Source of the DNA: Sulfurirhabdus sp.
GTDB lineage: Bacteria; Pseudomonadota; Gammaproteobacteria; Burkholderiales; SMCO01
Reading direction: 5' to 3'
Length of the DNA stretch: 24,000 bases
Assembly: GCA_043759595.1 (NCBI GenBank)
Contig: JAYVLG010000071.1
Span: 5,495 to 29,494 of the forward strand
The position numbers and the translations under genes are program-made. The notes beneath the pieces are model-generated. The model saw only the letters and a program-made list of their open reading frames with translations. It made no database searches and had not been told where the DNA came from. Below are positions 16,498-23,441 of this stretch, piece by piece; position 1 is the stretch's first letter; each line of letters opens with the position of its first letter.

Positions 16498-17094
16498 ATG
16501 TCACTGAAATTCAGCTATTCTCTCATTGCTCCATTCTATGATGCCGCCATTGCCGGTGCATCAGCGAACATTCGTAAAAAAAACCTGCTCAACCTGCCCC
16601 AGGATGGCAATCTGTCCATCCTGATCAATGGCATCGGCACGGGGCTCGATATTCCTTATTTGCCTCATGCTCACCATTACACTGGGCTGGATTTGACTGC
16701 TGCCATGCTTAAGCGGGCGAACGCCAGAATCGGAAAATTACGGATTGATTTAGTGCAAGGGAACAGTCTGGCTTTACCGTTTGCAAATGAAAGTTTTGAC
16801 CATGCAGTACTCCACCTGATTTTGGCGGTGGTACCAGACCCGCTGGCATGCCTGAGTGAAACGGCCCGGGTTCTCAAACCCGGAGGCAGCGTATTGCTGC
16901 TGGATAAGTTTCTGAAGCCCAATCAAAAAGCCTGGTTTCGGCGCGCACTTACCCCACTTTCTGCACAGATCGCTACACGTATGGATGTGGTTTTTGAGGA
17001 TGTGCTGGCTTACGTACCGCAACTTAAAGTTATTTCAGATGAACCTGTGCTTGCAGGAGGATGGTTCAGGGCCATTCACCTGATTAAAACCTAG
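16498..17094 (+). CDS. class I SAM-dependent methyltransferase
   Basis: Motif I ILINGIGTGLD, FDHAVLHLIL, and LKPGGSVLLLD. Confidence 0.8.
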   Translation: MSLKFSYSLIAPFYDAAIAGASANIRKKNLLNLPQDGNLSILINGIGTGLDIPYLPHAHHYTGLDLTAAMLKRANARIGKLRIDLVQGNSLALPFANESFDHAVLHLILAVVPDPLACLSETARVLKPGGSVLLLDKFLKPNQKAWFRRALTPLSAQIATRMDVVFEDVLAYVPQLKVISDEPVLAGGWFRAIHLIKT

Positions 17095-17105
17095 ATTGAA
17101 TTGCA

Positions 17106-17354
17106 TTATTTAACCGGGGTAGGCATATTACGGATCAAATCAAGGCGGATTTTCACCATTACTCCTTCCTGATTTTTGACCAGCACATAATCTGCACCAT
17201 TTTCTTCCAGTATGTCCTGCGGAAAAACATTCCCCATATAGGACATACCTGACTGCTCATCCTGCCAATGCAAATTCATGGACTCATTGCACATGATCGC
17301 AATCGTGAAGCGCTCATGAAAAAAGTGGGGGACGGGGATGTAAGGTTGTGCCAT
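17106..17354 (-). CDS. small protein, possibly Rof/YaeO-like Rho-binding antiterminator
   Basis: 82 aa. The pattern ...TIAIMC...NLHWQDEQSG...DYVLVKNQEGVMVKIRLDLIRNM resembles Rof (LELAC...L.L.DG...EYLVV...LRLDKI) from memory only. Confidence 0.45.
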   Translation of the reverse strand: MAQPYIPVPHFFHERFTIAIMCNESMNLHWQDEQSGMSYMGNVFPQDILEENGADYVLVKNQEGVMVKIRLDLIRNMPTPVK

Positions 17355-17362
17355 AGCTGTTC

Positions 17363-17371
17363 TGATATAAT
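17363..17371 (+). promoter_or_regulatory. candidate extended -10 promoter element for mltA
   Basis: TGaTATAAT lies about 52 nt upstream of the mltA ATG. No good -35. Confidence 0.35.
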
Positions 17372-17422
17372 CCCAGGATAATTCTTTACAAACATGTCGC
17401 TCATTACTCTATCCAAAATTTC

Positions 17423-18637
17423 ATGGAAAGCCAAATCAAAACCGCTTCACCCTTATTTGCCATCCTTTTCCTGTTATTTGGCATCAGTGCCTGTACGACG
17501 GTTTCCAAACCGAAGGTTGCCCCTCCAGCTATCGCACTTCCCCCTGTAGTGACTCCGCCAGTTAGTGTGAAAACTGAACCCGCTGCACCGACGCTGCAAA
17601 TAAGTGACTGGAAAGCTTTGCCTGGCTGGCAGGATGATAACCAGGCTACCGCCTGGGAAGCCTTTCTGCAAAGTTGTAACGGCCTGAAAAATCAGGTTGC
17701 ATGGCAGCAAGTATGTAAATCAGGGCAGCAAATTCAACACCCTGACAGCCAGTCCCTGAGACGATTTTTTGAACAGAATTTCACCCCTTATCTGGCAACA
17801 AACCCGGACGGGACGTCCCAAGGCATGATCACAGGTTATTACGAACCTGTGTTAAGAGGCAGCCGCACCCGCACTGCAAAATACCGCTTTCCACTCTATG
17901 GGGCGCCGGGCGATTTACTCAATATCGAACTGGCTGATGTTTATCCGGAGCTGAAGGGCTTGCGGTTACGAGGCCGCATTCAAGGCAATAAAGTTGTGCC
18001 TTATTACAGCCGTGCTGAAATTGAAAGTGCACAGTCACCGCTGAAAGGGTCAGAATTTTTATGGGTTGATGATGCTATCGACCTGTTCTTTTTGCATGTT
18101 CAGGGTTCCGGCCGTGTGAAACTCGAAAATGGCGAATCTGTGAGAATCGGATATGCCAACCAAAATGGCTTCCCTTATAAATCCATTGGCAAAGTTTTGG
18201 TTGATCGTGGCGAGCTGCCCCTGGAAAAAGCATCTGCACAAGGCATTAAAGACTGGACGCTGAAAAATCCGGGAAAAATGTCCGAGTTGTTAAACAACAA
18301 TGCCAGTTATGTGTTTTTTCGGGAGATGCCGAATCATCAAAATGGTCCGACCGGATCGCTTGGTGTTCCCCTCACAGCCGGACGCAGCATTGCCGTTGAC
18401 CCCCGCTCTATACCACTGGGCGCACCGGTTTTCCTTTCCACCACCTGGCCTAACAGTACCAAACCCCTTAGCCGTTTAGTGATGGCACAAGATACGGGTG
18501 CTGCAATCAAAGGTGGCGTTCGCGCTGATTTCTTTTGGGGATTTGGTAATGATGCGGGAGCACTTGCCGGCCGCATGAAACAGCAGGGGCAATTATGGGT
18601 ATTGTTGCCCAAGGGATACCCGGTTAGCACGAATTAG
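17423..18637 (+). CDS. mltA: membrane-bound lytic murein transglycosylase A (lipoprotein)
   Basis: Lipobox ...LFGISAC, then ITGYYEP, FLHVQGSGRV, YKSIG, SIAVDP, AQDTGAAIKG (MltA/3D domain motifs). Confidence 0.9.
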   Translation: MESQIKTASPLFAILFLLFGISACTTVSKPKVAPPAIALPPVVTPPVSVKTEPAAPTLQISDWKALPGWQDDNQATAWEAFLQSCNGLKNQVAWQQVCKSGQQIQHPDSQSLRRFFEQNFTPYLATNPDGTSQGMITGYYEPVLRGSRTRTAKYRFPLYGAPGDLLNIELADVYPELKGLRLRGRIQGNKVVPYYSRAEIESAQSPLKGSEFLWVDDAIDLFFLHVQGSGRVKLENGESVRIGYANQNGFPYKSIGKVLVDRGELPLEKASAQGIKDWTLKNPGKMSELLNNNASYVFFREMPNHQNGPTGSLGVPLTAGRSIAVDPRSIPLGAPVFLSTTWPNSTKPLSRLVMAQDTGAAIKGGVRADFFWGFGNDAGALAGRMKQQGQLWVLLPKGYPVSTN

Positions 18638-18722
18638 CTCTCATCCGGAAACAACTGCCCCCCTCCCTTTGATGTGGGAGGGCCAGGGAGGGGTATAGCG
18701 TTTCCGGATGAGAACTCATTAA
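18634..18722. mobile_element. nested MITE-like element (family D TIRs around one family C copy) filling the mltA/TonB-like convergent gap
   Basis: ttagctctcatccggaaaca (18634-18653) and gtttccggatgagaactcattaa (18700-18722) are inverted repeats around C7. The ends include the mltA TAG (18635-18637) and the TonB-like TAA (rc 18719-18721). It probably acts as a bidirectional terminator hairpin. Confidence 0.65.
18657..18694 (-). repeat. family C repeat, copy C7 (diverged)
   Basis: cccccctccctttgatgtgggagggccagggaggggta. Confidence 0.7.
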
Positions 18723-19489
18723 TTTTCAGGTTTCAATGGAATACGGAGAATTTTTCTGTCTGGGATTGGCACTTCGTATCGCACTCGTACCATGAAACGG
18801 CTTTTCACCTCTCTGCCTTCCCGTTTGGCAGGGACAAATCGCGCATTGCGGAAAGCGGCTATCGCAGACTCTTCAAAATAGCCTTCCGGAATAGCATCCA
18901 CCACGGAAACATCTTTTACCACCCCCAGCTCATCAATCAAAATAAGCAAAGTTACATCACCTTCAATATTGGCAGCGCTGGCATCTTCAGGATATTCAGG
19001 GTTGATCGATTGCAACGGCTTGGGTTGTTCATCCAGCTGTTTTGCAGGATAGTAAGTCGGGTCTTCCATTAACGGAATATCAAGCGCAGGCAGGCCAGAC
19101 TTTTGCTCACTCAGCACACTGTCGCTTTGTTTTTGCTCAGTATCATCCGATGTCAGTTTTTGAGGTGGCGCAATGGCAGGTTGCGGCTCTTGCACAGGCT
19201 CGGGTTTAGCCTGTTTTACCGGCTCTGCAGTCGGCAAGCTTTTCTCTTTGGCAACCGTTTCTTTTTTTATTTCCACTACTTCTTTTAATAGCGCAGGGGC
19301 TGGTTTGGCATGAGGCTTTACCCCTTCCAGACGCGCTTCAATCACTACTTGTCTGGGCCTGTTTGCTCCGCCTGGTTTGACCTTTATGCCATAAATAATA
19401 CCCAGATGAATGACAAGAGAAAGCACTAATGCCAGCGCAATGCGCTGGATAGTTACCCGACTGATTTTGGTGCAAGCAAAAGCACTCAT
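18719..19489 (-). CDS. TonB-like energy transducer
   Basis: N-terminal TM anchor (IALALVLSLVIHLGIIYGI), a Pro/Lys/Glu-rich spacer (KPEPVQEPQPAIAPPQ), and a C-terminal TonB_C-like domain (PEYPEDASAANIEGDVTLLILIDELGVVKDVSVV...F.PAKREGREV). Confidence 0.8.
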   Translation of the reverse strand: MSAFACTKISRVTIQRIALALVLSLVIHLGIIYGIKVKPGGANRPRQVVIEARLEGVKPHAKPAPALLKEVVEIKKETVAKEKSLPTAEPVKQAKPEPVQEPQPAIAPPQKLTSDDTEQKQSDSVLSEQKSGLPALDIPLMEDPTYYPAKQLDEQPKPLQSINPEYPEDASAANIEGDVTLLILIDELGVVKDVSVVDAIPEGYFEESAIAAFRNARFVPAKREGREVKSRFMVRVRYEVPIPDRKILRIPLKPEN

Positions 19490-19632
19490 CAGAATGATAC
19501 ATCACGCAATATTGTCAGCCAGCCGATCATCGGCAAGTACGCCTGTTCACCCAACATATAATCGCATCACATTCAGTGTTATGATTTACAAAAATAATAA
19601 AAACCTTCTCACATTGACTCGGAAAACCAGAA

Positions 19633-20421
19633 ATGAAAACACCCATGCTTGCTTTATTTTTTGCGTTCGCCTGCCAAAACGTATTGGCCAGTGATACCGT
19701 TACACTCAAAAAAATTTCCATCCAGTCCGGCGATGTTGAGGTGCCTGCCGAAATTGCAGTACCAAAAGGTAATGGCCCCTTTCCGCCGGTATTATACATC
19801 CATGCCAAGCGTGGGTATGACGAAGTCGATCAGCGGCATATCACCACACTGGCAGAACAGGGATTTCTGGTACTGGCTCCCGATTGGCAGAGCGGTCGAT
19901 TTATCGAACGCTGGCCTTCTGAACATAACCCCGCAACCGAAAACGATGTGGAAGCCGCATTAAACGCCCTCCAGAAACTGCCTGATGCCTGCAAAATTCC
20001 CGTGGGCTATGTTGGCTACTCCCGTGGCGGCTATTATTCTATACGGCTTGCCGCGAAGCGTGGCAAAGATATTGCCGCAATTGCCAACTACGCCGGCCAT
20101 ATGCAAAACCCCAACGCACCAGAACCGGAACAACTTTTCAGCATAGCGCCGGAGATTGCCCAGATCACCACCCCCATGCTGTTTTTAATCGGCGAACAGG
20201 ATTTTGAATTGCGCCGCATGAATGGCGGGCGTGCTTTTTATGCACTATACGAACGCGGGGTGCCTGTAGAAATGCAATATTATCCTTTGGCGCGTCGCGC
20301 TTTTGATTTCCGTAACGATCAAAGCCCGGAAGAAAAAATTGCGACCAAGCATGCTCGGGAACGGGTTAAGGCGTGGCTTCTGAAATATATGAAAGTGGAT
20401 AAGAACGGGAAGTGCGGCTGA
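19633..20421 (+). CDS. dienelactone hydrolase family protein (secreted alpha/beta hydrolase)
   Basis: Signal peptide MKTPMLALFFAFACQNVLA, nucleophile elbow GYVGYSRGG, and a DLH-like length. Confidence 0.85.
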   Translation: MKTPMLALFFAFACQNVLASDTVTLKKISIQSGDVEVPAEIAVPKGNGPFPPVLYIHAKRGYDEVDQRHITTLAEQGFLVLAPDWQSGRFIERWPSEHNPATENDVEAALNALQKLPDACKIPVGYVGYSRGGYYSIRLAAKRGKDIAAIANYAGHMQNPNAPEPEQLFSIAPEIAQITTPMLFLIGEQDFELRRMNGGRAFYALYERGVPVEMQYYPLARRAFDFRNDQSPEEKIATKHARERVKAWLLKYMKVDKNGKCG

Positions 20422-20506
20422 GTATTTTTCCGGTCACTATGCGCCAATAAGTGCATTGTGCTGATAGGTGTGTAGAAAGAAATACACGCCTATTCACACA
20501 AATTAG

Positions 20507-20527
20507 TTCACCGCAGAGGCGCGGAGG
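20507..20527 (+). repeat. family A repeat, copy A10 (truncated)
   Basis: ttcaccgcagaggcgcggagg. Confidence 0.8.
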
Positions 20528-20585
20528 GAAAAGCGGTTTCGAGGTGCTTCAGGTTGCGTATGGTGGTCGTTAATGCGCCGAATAA

Positions 20586-20617
20586 CGGTCAATGCACTTC
20601 GCTTATTGACACCCTAC
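20586..20617 (-). repeat. family B REP hairpin, copy B1 (GTAG head on minus strand)
   Basis: The rc reads GTAGGGTGTCAATAAGCGAAGTGCATTGACCG. Confidence 0.7.
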
Positions 20618-20701
20618 AACACGCCTTGCATGCGTTGCAAGTCAGTAAGGCTCTTGGCGACGCAGCAGCCATCCAGAATTTAAGTTCAATCATCTCAATT
20701 G

Positions 20702-20782
20702 TTGGTTATACTAATTTACAGTGTTTGCTAGTATAACCAACATAATCAGTTATACTATAATTGTTCTATTGTTAGTATAACC
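20702..20782. promoter_or_regulatory. double palindromic operator-like site overlapping a TATAAT box, directly upstream of the NTase gene
   Basis: TTGGTTATACTA (20702-20713), 15 nt, then TAGTATAACCAA (20729-20740) form perfect 12-bp arms. GTTATACTA (20749-20757), 15 nt, then TAGTATAAC (20773-20781) form the second. A perfect TATAAT lies at 20756-20761. The gene ATG is at 20786. Confidence 0.55.
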
Positions 20783-20785
20783 ATC

Positions 20786-21847
20786 ATGAACCTTTACACG
20801 GAATTAACCAATACGGCACAAACCGCCTATGCGCAACTTGTTGATGCGGCATTGTCTGCAGAGCATTTACGCTCGGTTGCAGACCTTTCTGGCTCCTTTG
20901 CGGCAAAGACGGTCAAGGGGCACAAATATTGGTACTACCAGTACACCGAGCCGTCAGGGAAGTTGCGGCAAGTTTTCGTAGGACCGGACAATGACGGGGT
21001 TAGAGCACTGATCGAGCGCAAAATACAACCCGCTTCCACTAAAGCGCTTGAACCACTTGCGCGTTCGGCTGAAGCCCTAGGTTGCGCCCCCGTGCTACCG
21101 CGCCATTTCAGAGTAGTACGCCGTCTGGCGGAGTACGGTTTTTTCCAAGCCGGAGGCGTGTTGATTGGCACGCACGCCTTTCTGGCATACGGCAACATGC
21201 TGGGGGTGCAATGGGGCGACGCTTCGCGCACGCAGGACATTGACTTCGCCCATGCAGGCAAGAGCTTGTCCCTCGCCTTACCTTCGAACATCGAGGTGCA
21301 AACGCATGACGCCATTCAATCTCTGCGAATGGGCTTCCTGCCTATTTCCGGGCTATCCTCCAAGGCTGGTGGCACTTACCTCATTCCGCAAGAGCCAGGA
21401 TTCAGGCTGGATTTTCTGACAACGCTTCATCGAGGCGGCGAAAAACCTTACGAACATAAACAATTGCACGTAACCCTGCAACCGCTCAAGTTCATGGAGT
21501 TCTCACTTGAACAAGTGCAACAAACCGTATTGTTCTGCAACGAAGGCGCGGTGGTTGTCAATATACCGCACCCCCTTCGCTATGCCTTGCACAAAGCGCT
21601 GATATCTGGAGAACGCGAAGGTACATTTGCCGTAAAAGCTGGAAAGGATTTGCGGCAAGTGGCATCCCTGCTTTCTTTTTTCAAGGAACACAGAGCGTGG
21701 GAAATCGAAGAGATTTGGAATGACCTGATTACACGCGGCAAGGGATGGACAACCCGAGCGCACAGAGGGATTAAGGTGTTGGACAAAGGGTTCCCAGCGC
21801 TTTGTTTGCATGATTTGTTAAGATTCCCGGATGCTTCGACCAAGTAA
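20786..21847 (+). CDS. nucleotidyltransferase-fold protein, AbiEii/DUF1814-like (GSU2403-type) with ~110-aa N-terminal extension
   Basis: NTase-like GGVLIGTHAFLAYG...RTQDIDFAH, a third acidic strand FRLDFLT, and a C-terminal HKALISGER...KAGKDLRQV resembling the AbiEii K..A...R...RDL..L region. Family recognition is from memory, not a search. Confidence 0.7.
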   Translation: MNLYTELTNTAQTAYAQLVDAALSAEHLRSVADLSGSFAAKTVKGHKYWYYQYTEPSGKLRQVFVGPDNDGVRALIERKIQPASTKALEPLARSAEALGCAPVLPRHFRVVRRLAEYGFFQAGGVLIGTHAFLAYGNMLGVQWGDASRTQDIDFAHAGKSLSLALPSNIEVQTHDAIQSLRMGFLPISGLSSKAGGTYLIPQEPGFRLDFLTTLHRGGEKPYEHKQLHVTLQPLKFMEFSLEQVQQTVLFCNEGAVVVNIPHPLRYALHKALISGEREGTFAVKAGKDLRQVASLLSFFKEHRAWEIEEIWNDLITRGKGWTTRAHRGIKVLDKGFPALCLHDLLRFPDASTK

Positions 21848-21914
21848 ACGTTGAGATTTAATACCAGTTCAGAAATGCGTATAAAAGAAATACACGAGTA
21901 TTCACACAAAATAG

Positions 21915-21942
21915 TTCACCGCAGAGACGCGGAGGCGCAGAG
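21915..21942 (+). repeat. family A repeat, copy A11
   Basis: ttcaccgcagagacgcggaggcgcagag (1 mismatch to A1). Confidence 0.9.
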
Positions 21943-22006
21943 GAAAAGGCTGTTTCGAGGTGCATCAACTCGCTTAGAGTGATCGATAAAGCAACGAATA
22001 AAACAT

Positions 22007-22040
22007 CCGGTGCAATGCGCTTCGCTTATTGACACCCTAC
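22007..22040 (-). repeat. family B REP hairpin, copy B2
   Basis: The rc reads GTAGGGTGTCAATAAGCGAAGCGCATTGCACCGG. Confidence 0.75.
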
Positions 22041-22141
22041 AAGATGCCTTACGCGCGCTATGGCTTACCCCGGCACTTTTAGCAAAATGGGCACGCTGTA
22101 AATAAAGTGGATGATACAAATCCAATTTAGAGGGAAACTAA

Positions 22142-23050
22142 TTGATCAATCTACGAACCACCGTATTTAACACATTGTTGCTTGCCATGTTTTGTCTGCC
22201 AATTAGCAGTTATGCCGCGACGGTGGGGCAACAATTCCGCGACATCATGGCGCAGATTGATGCCAAGTGTAAAAAAGAAAAACTCGGTCCATATCTTGAC
22301 CCAAATGAACCCCCACGCTCAGACAAACGCTCTGATGGTTCCTGCGAAATTCTCAAGGTCAAACCCGCCGACCCGCTGGCAACGGCAGAAGGGCGCTTTG
22401 CCTATTCCATCAAATTGCCACCGCCGCATGACAAGCCGAAAGTCGAATACCGGAAAGGCATGAGCGCGGAGACCTACTTTAAGGAGTTGTGCGCTAAAGA
22501 GGAGGGGGATTTTGTGTTCCGGGTGGTTGATGGAGTGGAGGGGATTACAATTATGCGGCCATTGCCGCAGGTAATCGGCATTCCTTTGTCGCAGGAGTCA
22601 GGGGGGCCAACCGTAGGTTCTTTTGTATCATCTATCAACGGAATATACAGATATGTTGATGCGGTTGAGCTTCTCGAAAACTCAAACACACAAACCCAAC
22701 TAATTCATTATAAAGTTGACCCGAAATTGCCGGTTAACAAACCGCCATACGGTAAGGCGAGTTATGCCATCAAAGAATCGCAAGCGCGCTATGGCTACAC
22801 ATTTCGAAATTCATTTCTGGAAAATAGAGAAATTGGAGTTGTGGGACAGGAATTAATTATTGCAGATCTGCAAACCAATGAGATTCTTGCATTTCGGCGT
22901 AGATTTTCACGATTAAATTTTATGGTTCGTAACTCTGTTCGACCTATGTTAGGCACACCTTGCAGATTAATACCTACCGAAAACTCAGATAACAGATTTG
23001 TCGCAAAAATTCTCAAACCTGCAAAACAAGCTAAAGGAGATCAGAAATGA
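22142..23050 (+). CDS. secreted protein of unknown function
   Basis: TTG start with a GAGGGA SD 7 nt upstream. Signal peptide MINLRTTVFNTLLLAMFCLPISSYA/AT. The 3' third is visibly AT-rich. No family recognised. Confidence 0.6.
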   Translation: MINLRTTVFNTLLLAMFCLPISSYAATVGQQFRDIMAQIDAKCKKEKLGPYLDPNEPPRSDKRSDGSCEILKVKPADPLATAEGRFAYSIKLPPPHDKPKVEYRKGMSAETYFKELCAKEEGDFVFRVVDGVEGITIMRPLPQVIGIPLSQESGGPTVGSFVSSINGIYRYVDAVELLENSNTQTQLIHYKVDPKLPVNKPPYGKASYAIKESQARYGYTFRNSFLENREIGVVGQELIIADLQTNEILAFRRRFSRLNFMVRNSVRPMLGTPCRLIPTENSDNRFVAKILKPAKQAKGDQK

Positions 23051-23151
23051 GCACAATTATTCAAACCTGGTATAACTTTGCTCTGCAACAGTTCGCGCAA
23101 GAGCGCAATAACCAAAGGGCATTGCGCCGCATGCAAGAGATGAGATGCTAA
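23047..23151 (+). CDS. possible 34-codon micro-ORF translationally coupled to the secreted-protein gene
   Basis: The ATG overlaps the upstream TGA (ATGA at 23047-23050). It translates to MSTIIQTWYNFALQQFAQERNNQRALRRMQEMRC. It is below the ORF-track size cutoff, and the overlap is the only support. Confidence 0.2.
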   Translation: MSTIIQTWYNFALQQFAQERNNQRALRRMQEMRC

Positions 23152-23163
23152 CGCCATTTCTGA

Positions 23164-23387
23164 TTATCAACGCGCCCGACATCCAAGTGGCACCTATTTC
23201 CCACTGTCAATCTGTCACAACGTAACGGATGAGTAAAGTAAGAGCCAGCCAGTGTGAACGGCGGTTTTGAGAGCGCTTAATCCGGGACGAAGAAGATTAT
23301 CGGGCACATATGAATTATGAGCATATCAATACGGTGAAGCGTGGTTTGGTTGGGCAGGTGATGGCGGCGCTAAGTTATACATACTAA
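23164..23387 (+). pseudogene. decayed REP-associated tyrosine transposase (RAYT / TnpA_REP) remnant
   Basis: The frame at 23170-23232 gives ..TSKWHLFPTVNLSQRNG*, resembling the RAYT N-terminal strand (GTWFFTVNLRNR). A second frame at 23253-23387 gives CERRF*ERLIRDEEDYRAHMNYEHINTVKRGLVGQV..., matching the RAYT C-terminus (RFWEH.IR...DYR.H.DYI.INPVK.G.V.QV) with W changed to a stop. The central HUH region is missing. Confidence 0.65.
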
Positions 23388-23390
23388 CAT

Positions 23391-23423
23391 CCGGTGCAAT
23401 GCCCTTCGGTTATTGCACCCTAC
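23391..23423 (-). repeat. family B REP hairpin, copy B3 (best palindrome)
   Basis: The rc reads GTAG-GGTGCAAT-AACCGAAGGGC-ATTGCACC-GG: a GTAG head plus a perfect 8-bp stem. It starts 4 nt after the RAYT remnant. Confidence 0.8.
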
Positions 23424-23441
23424 ACAACGCCTTGTTTTTTT

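Larger units (their letters stand above)
20476..20627 (+). repeat. composite A+B module M1 (direct repeat of M2)
   Basis: aaagaaatacacgcctattcacacaaattagTTCACCGCAGAGGCGCGGAGG...ggtttcgaggtgc...cggtcaatgcacttcgcttattgacaccctacaacacgcctt. By eye roughly 80% identical to 21884-22050. Confidence 0.8.
21884..22050 (+). repeat. composite A+B module M2 (direct repeat of M1)
   Basis: aaagaaatacacgagtattcacacaaaatagTTCACCGCAGAGACGCGGAGGCGCAGAG...tgtttcgaggtgc...ccggtgcaatgcgcttcgcttattgacaccctacaagatgcctt. Confidence 0.8.

Noticed and set aside
20554-20736. 60-aa ORF upstream of the NTase gene as a candidate antitoxin/regulator
   Set aside because: It has a TTG start without SD, and its first 25 codons lie in the repeated module M1 (including REP B1), whose sequence recurs in M2 without an equivalent ORF. 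It is therefore unlikely to be a real gene.
20476-22050. Integron gene cassettes with attC sites (cassette-like units delimited by imperfect palindromes)
   Set aside because: The hairpins lack the RYYYAAC / GTTRRRY core pairs of attC (GTTAAAC occurs at only one copy, by chance). No intI or attI is in the window. The GTAG head plus the adjacent RAYT remnant fit REPs better.
21916-22125. 69-aa minus-strand ORF between the NTase and secreted-protein genes
   Set aside because: It lies wholly within module M2 (family A and B repeats). Its C-terminus ..LCASASLR is a family A repeat translation.
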